Assembly: GCA_049521895.1 (NCBI GenBank)
Contig: JBEKOJ010000001.1
Location: 631,114-695,113 of the forward strand
DNA length: 64,000 nt
Direction: 5' to 3'
Source: Candidatus Saccharimonadales bacterium
GTDB lineage: Bacteria; Patescibacteriota; Saccharimonadia; Saccharimonadales; UBA10212
The position numbers and the translations under genes were made by a program. The notes under the pieces were generated by a model that saw only the letters and a program-made list of their open reading frames with translations, was not told the DNA's origin and made no database searches. Shown here piece after piece: positions 62,236 to 64,000 of this stretch. Position 1 is the first letter of the stretch. Every line of letters begins with the position of its first letter.

Positions 62236-63675
62236 TTAAACCCAGCTAGTTTCCAGGGCCATACCTTCCCGGTAACCGGCGTCTGATTGGATACCAACCA
62301 CCGCTTTTTGATAAAACTCTTCCAGGTTACTAGCACCAATGTAAGTCATTGAACTACGCAGGCCGGCAACTAGCCAATCGATTATATCTTCGGCGCCCGG
62401 CCGGTCACTATTTAGATAAGCTTTACTGCTACTGATTCCTTCTTCGAAAAACTCTTTTTTGGCCTGTTCAAAGAGTGAATCGGTTTGGTTACGGCCTTTT
62501 ATGGCGCGTTTACTAGCCATGCCGAAATTTTCTTTATAAAGTTTACCATTACTATCAATTATCGTATCGGCTGCGCTTTCATAGGTACCGGCCCAAAGTG
62601 AGCCGAAGAGCACATTGCTGGCGCCGGCCGCCAACGCCAACGCCACATCGCGCGGGTAACGGATGCCACCGTCGGCCCAAATGTGCGCGTCCATTTGCCT
62701 GGCGGCCGCGGCACATTCCAAAACGGCGCTAAACTGCGGCCGCCCAACGCCAGTCATCATACGCGTAGTACACATGGCACCCGGGCCAACGCCAACCTTA
62801 ATAATATCCGCGCCGGCTTCAATCAGTTCCTTAGTCGCATCGGCCGTAGCGACATTTCCAGCTACCAGGGGTGTTTTCTTAGCTACCGAGCGGGCAGCTT
62901 TTATGGCGCGGATCATTTTTGCCTGGTGGCCATGCGCGGTATCCAGCACGATTATATCGGCGCCCAAGGCAAGTATTTGGCTGACCTTGTCGGCCAAATT
63001 GCCATTAATGCCCACTGCAACGGCTACAGCTAACCACCCATGCCTATCCGTTGCCGGAGTATAAATAGTTGAGCGCAGCGAACCTTTTTGAGTTACCACG
63101 CCAATGACCTTTTGCTTGGATATAACCGGTGCTACTGTAACCCGTTTTTTGCGTAAAAGCTCAAATATTTTTCTGGGCTCCAAGCCATCAGGGACGCTGA
63201 CTATCTCGTTTTTCATCACCGAGGCCAATGGGGTGAACCTATCATAACCCACGCCATCTTTCTCCTTAAATATACCTACCAGCCGGTTTTTAGCGTCCAC
63301 CACAATTACCGACTCGTGTGAGCGTTTATGAATGATATTTAGGGCATCGGCGATGGTATTAGTAGGCTCCAAAAGTAGCGGTGTTTCATAGACAAGATGG
63401 CGTGATTTGATGTAGCTAATGGTGTCTTTAAGCACAGGGAGCGGTATGTCTTGGGGCAAAACCGTCAGAGCGCCCCGGCGGGCCACAGTTTCAGCCATGC
63501 GCTTACCAGCCACGGCGTTCATGTTGGCGACTATAAGCGGCAGAGTCGCACCCGTATTATCATGCGGCTTTAAATCAACCGCAAAACGCGACTCAGCATC
63601 GCTTTTACCGGGCACCAAAAACACATCGCTGTACGTTAAATCGTAGGCCGGGCGCCGGTTGTTTATAAACCTCAT
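62236..63675 (-). CDS. guaB: IMP dehydrogenase
   Basis: 479 aa. CBS pair, catalytic loop VGVGPGAMCTTR, GGIRYPRDVALALAAGA. Confidence 0.95.
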   Translation of the reverse strand: MRFINNRRPAYDLTYSDVFLVPGKSDAESRFAVDLKPHDNTGATLPLIVANMNAVAGKRMAETVARRGALTVLPQDIPLPVLKDTISYIKSRHLVYETPLLLEPTNTIADALNIIHKRSHESVIVVDAKNRLVGIFKEKDGVGYDRFTPLASVMKNEIVSVPDGLEPRKIFELLRKKRVTVAPVISKQKVIGVVTQKGSLRSTIYTPATDRHGWLAVAVAVGINGNLADKVSQILALGADIIVLDTAHGHQAKMIRAIKAARSVAKKTPLVAGNVATADATKELIEAGADIIKVGVGPGAMCTTRMMTGVGRPQFSAVLECAAAARQMDAHIWADGGIRYPRDVALALAAGASNVLFGSLWAGTYESAADTIIDSNGKLYKENFGMASKRAIKGRNQTDSLFEQAKKEFFEEGISSSKAYLNSDRPGAEDIIDWLVAGLRSSMTYIGASNLEEFYQKAVVGIQSDAGYREGMALETSWV

Positions 63676-63742
63676 GCAAATTTTATTCTAGGCCAGATAT
63701 AGGAATAATCAATATACCATTAACTAATAAAAACCCTAAACT

Positions 63743-63819
63743 TGGCGGGCCCGACCGGATTTGAACCGGCGATCTCCTCCGTGACAGGGAGGCGTGTTAG
63801 GCCGCTACACTACGAGCCC
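63743..63819 (-). tRNA. tRNA-Asp (anticodon GTC), CCA encoded
   Basis: Reverse complement: GGGCTCG-TA-GTGT-AGCGGCCTA-ACAC-G-CCTCC-CTGTCAC-GGAGG-AGATC-GCCGG-TTCAAAT-CCGGT-CGGGCCC-G-CCA. Folded by hand. Confidence 0.9.
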
Positions 63820-63867
63820 TCGGCCCAAGAACAGATGTATTCTAACAGATACGGGGATCAAAATAAA

Positions 63868-63912
63868 GCCCGTCTGCCCCGCCAGAATCTGCTATACTAC
63901 AATTTTAGTGGA
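63868..63912. repeat. possible degenerate family 2 copy
   Basis: CCCCGCCAGAATCTGCTATACTACAATTTTAGTGGACGGGG shares the AATCTG..TA.ACT core and the TTTTAGTG..GGGG arm. Confidence 0.4.
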
Positions 63913-63951
63913 CGGGGCAAACTCTGGAGCAGAACTAGAAGCCCAAATTGA

Positions 63952-63979
63952 AACCTTAGCCTGGGAGGCTGAGGTTTTT
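63952..63979 (+). terminator. intrinsic terminator of a short promoter-proximal transcript
   Basis: AACCTTAGCCT-GGG-AGGCTGAGGTT followed by TTTTAAT. Confidence 0.55.
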
Positions 63980-64000
63980 AATATACCCCCTGTACATATC

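Noticed and set aside
1-64000. Alternative genetic code (UGA recoded, as in some CPR lineages)
   Set aside because: TGA terminates conserved genes at the expected lengths (polA, fpg, pilM, efp). It also participates in many ATGA stop/start overlaps, so the standard code 11 fits.

Overview
This is a 64-kb chromosomal window from a small-genome bacterium. GC is about 40-50% by hand counts on sampled lines. I infer a Patescibacteria/CPR (Saccharibacteria-like) episymbiont from gene content only: compact housekeeping genes, many ATGA stop/start overlaps, no biosynthetic operons, a large type IV pilus locus and secreted hydrolases. No search was run, and functions are called from motifs I recognise in the translations.

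Gene content:
- Housekeeping genes: pgeF (partial), polA, Nudix/AKR/Nudix/deoxyribosyltransferase-like salvage genes, a split PEP-utilising phosphotransferase, fpg, holA, rpsT, truB, rpsO-pnp, UDG, RNase J, ftsK, ahcY plus a PfkB kinase, rpsF-ssb-(extra ORF)-rpsR, efp, tlyA-like, ychF, xer, ndk, ybjQ, ppiC-like, a polysaccharide deacetylase and guaB.
- RNA genes: tRNA-Arg(CCU) and tRNA-Asp(GUC).
- Secreted-protein cluster at about 35.7-41.5 kb: a pilin-like protein, an 833-aa SGNH esterase, a trypsin-like protease and a secreted repeat protein.
- Type IV pilus supercluster at about 41.5-56.3 kb: pilMNO, pilB, pilT, pilC, a major pilin, pilD, three minor pilins, a 967-aa PilX-like putative adhesin and a membrane protein.

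The most unusual signals are repeat and mobile-DNA related:
1. A palindromic MITE-like element (CCCGGCAGT...ACTGCCGGG; 72-bp and 157-bp forms) lies inside or at the 5' ends of rpsT, rpsO, fpg and a pseudopilin gene. It stays in frame, or the gene is rescued by an internal restart. This recalls the Rickettsia palindromic elements.
2. Diverged duplicates of gene termini (fpg 5', ychF 5', ychF 3') bracket small insertions.
3. A genome-wide family of heptanucleotide-periodic tracts occurs as long AT-rich intergenic hairpins and as in-frame tracts in conserved genes.
4. A second palindromic repeat family has a promoter-like core.
5. Two GC-rich (about 60-70%) GC3-skewed islands are probably horizontally acquired.
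6. Extended -10 promoters (TGnTAnAAT) sit 6-10 nt from start codons, implying widespread leaderless mRNAs.

No CRISPR array, rRNA, transposase or recognisable defence system was seen.
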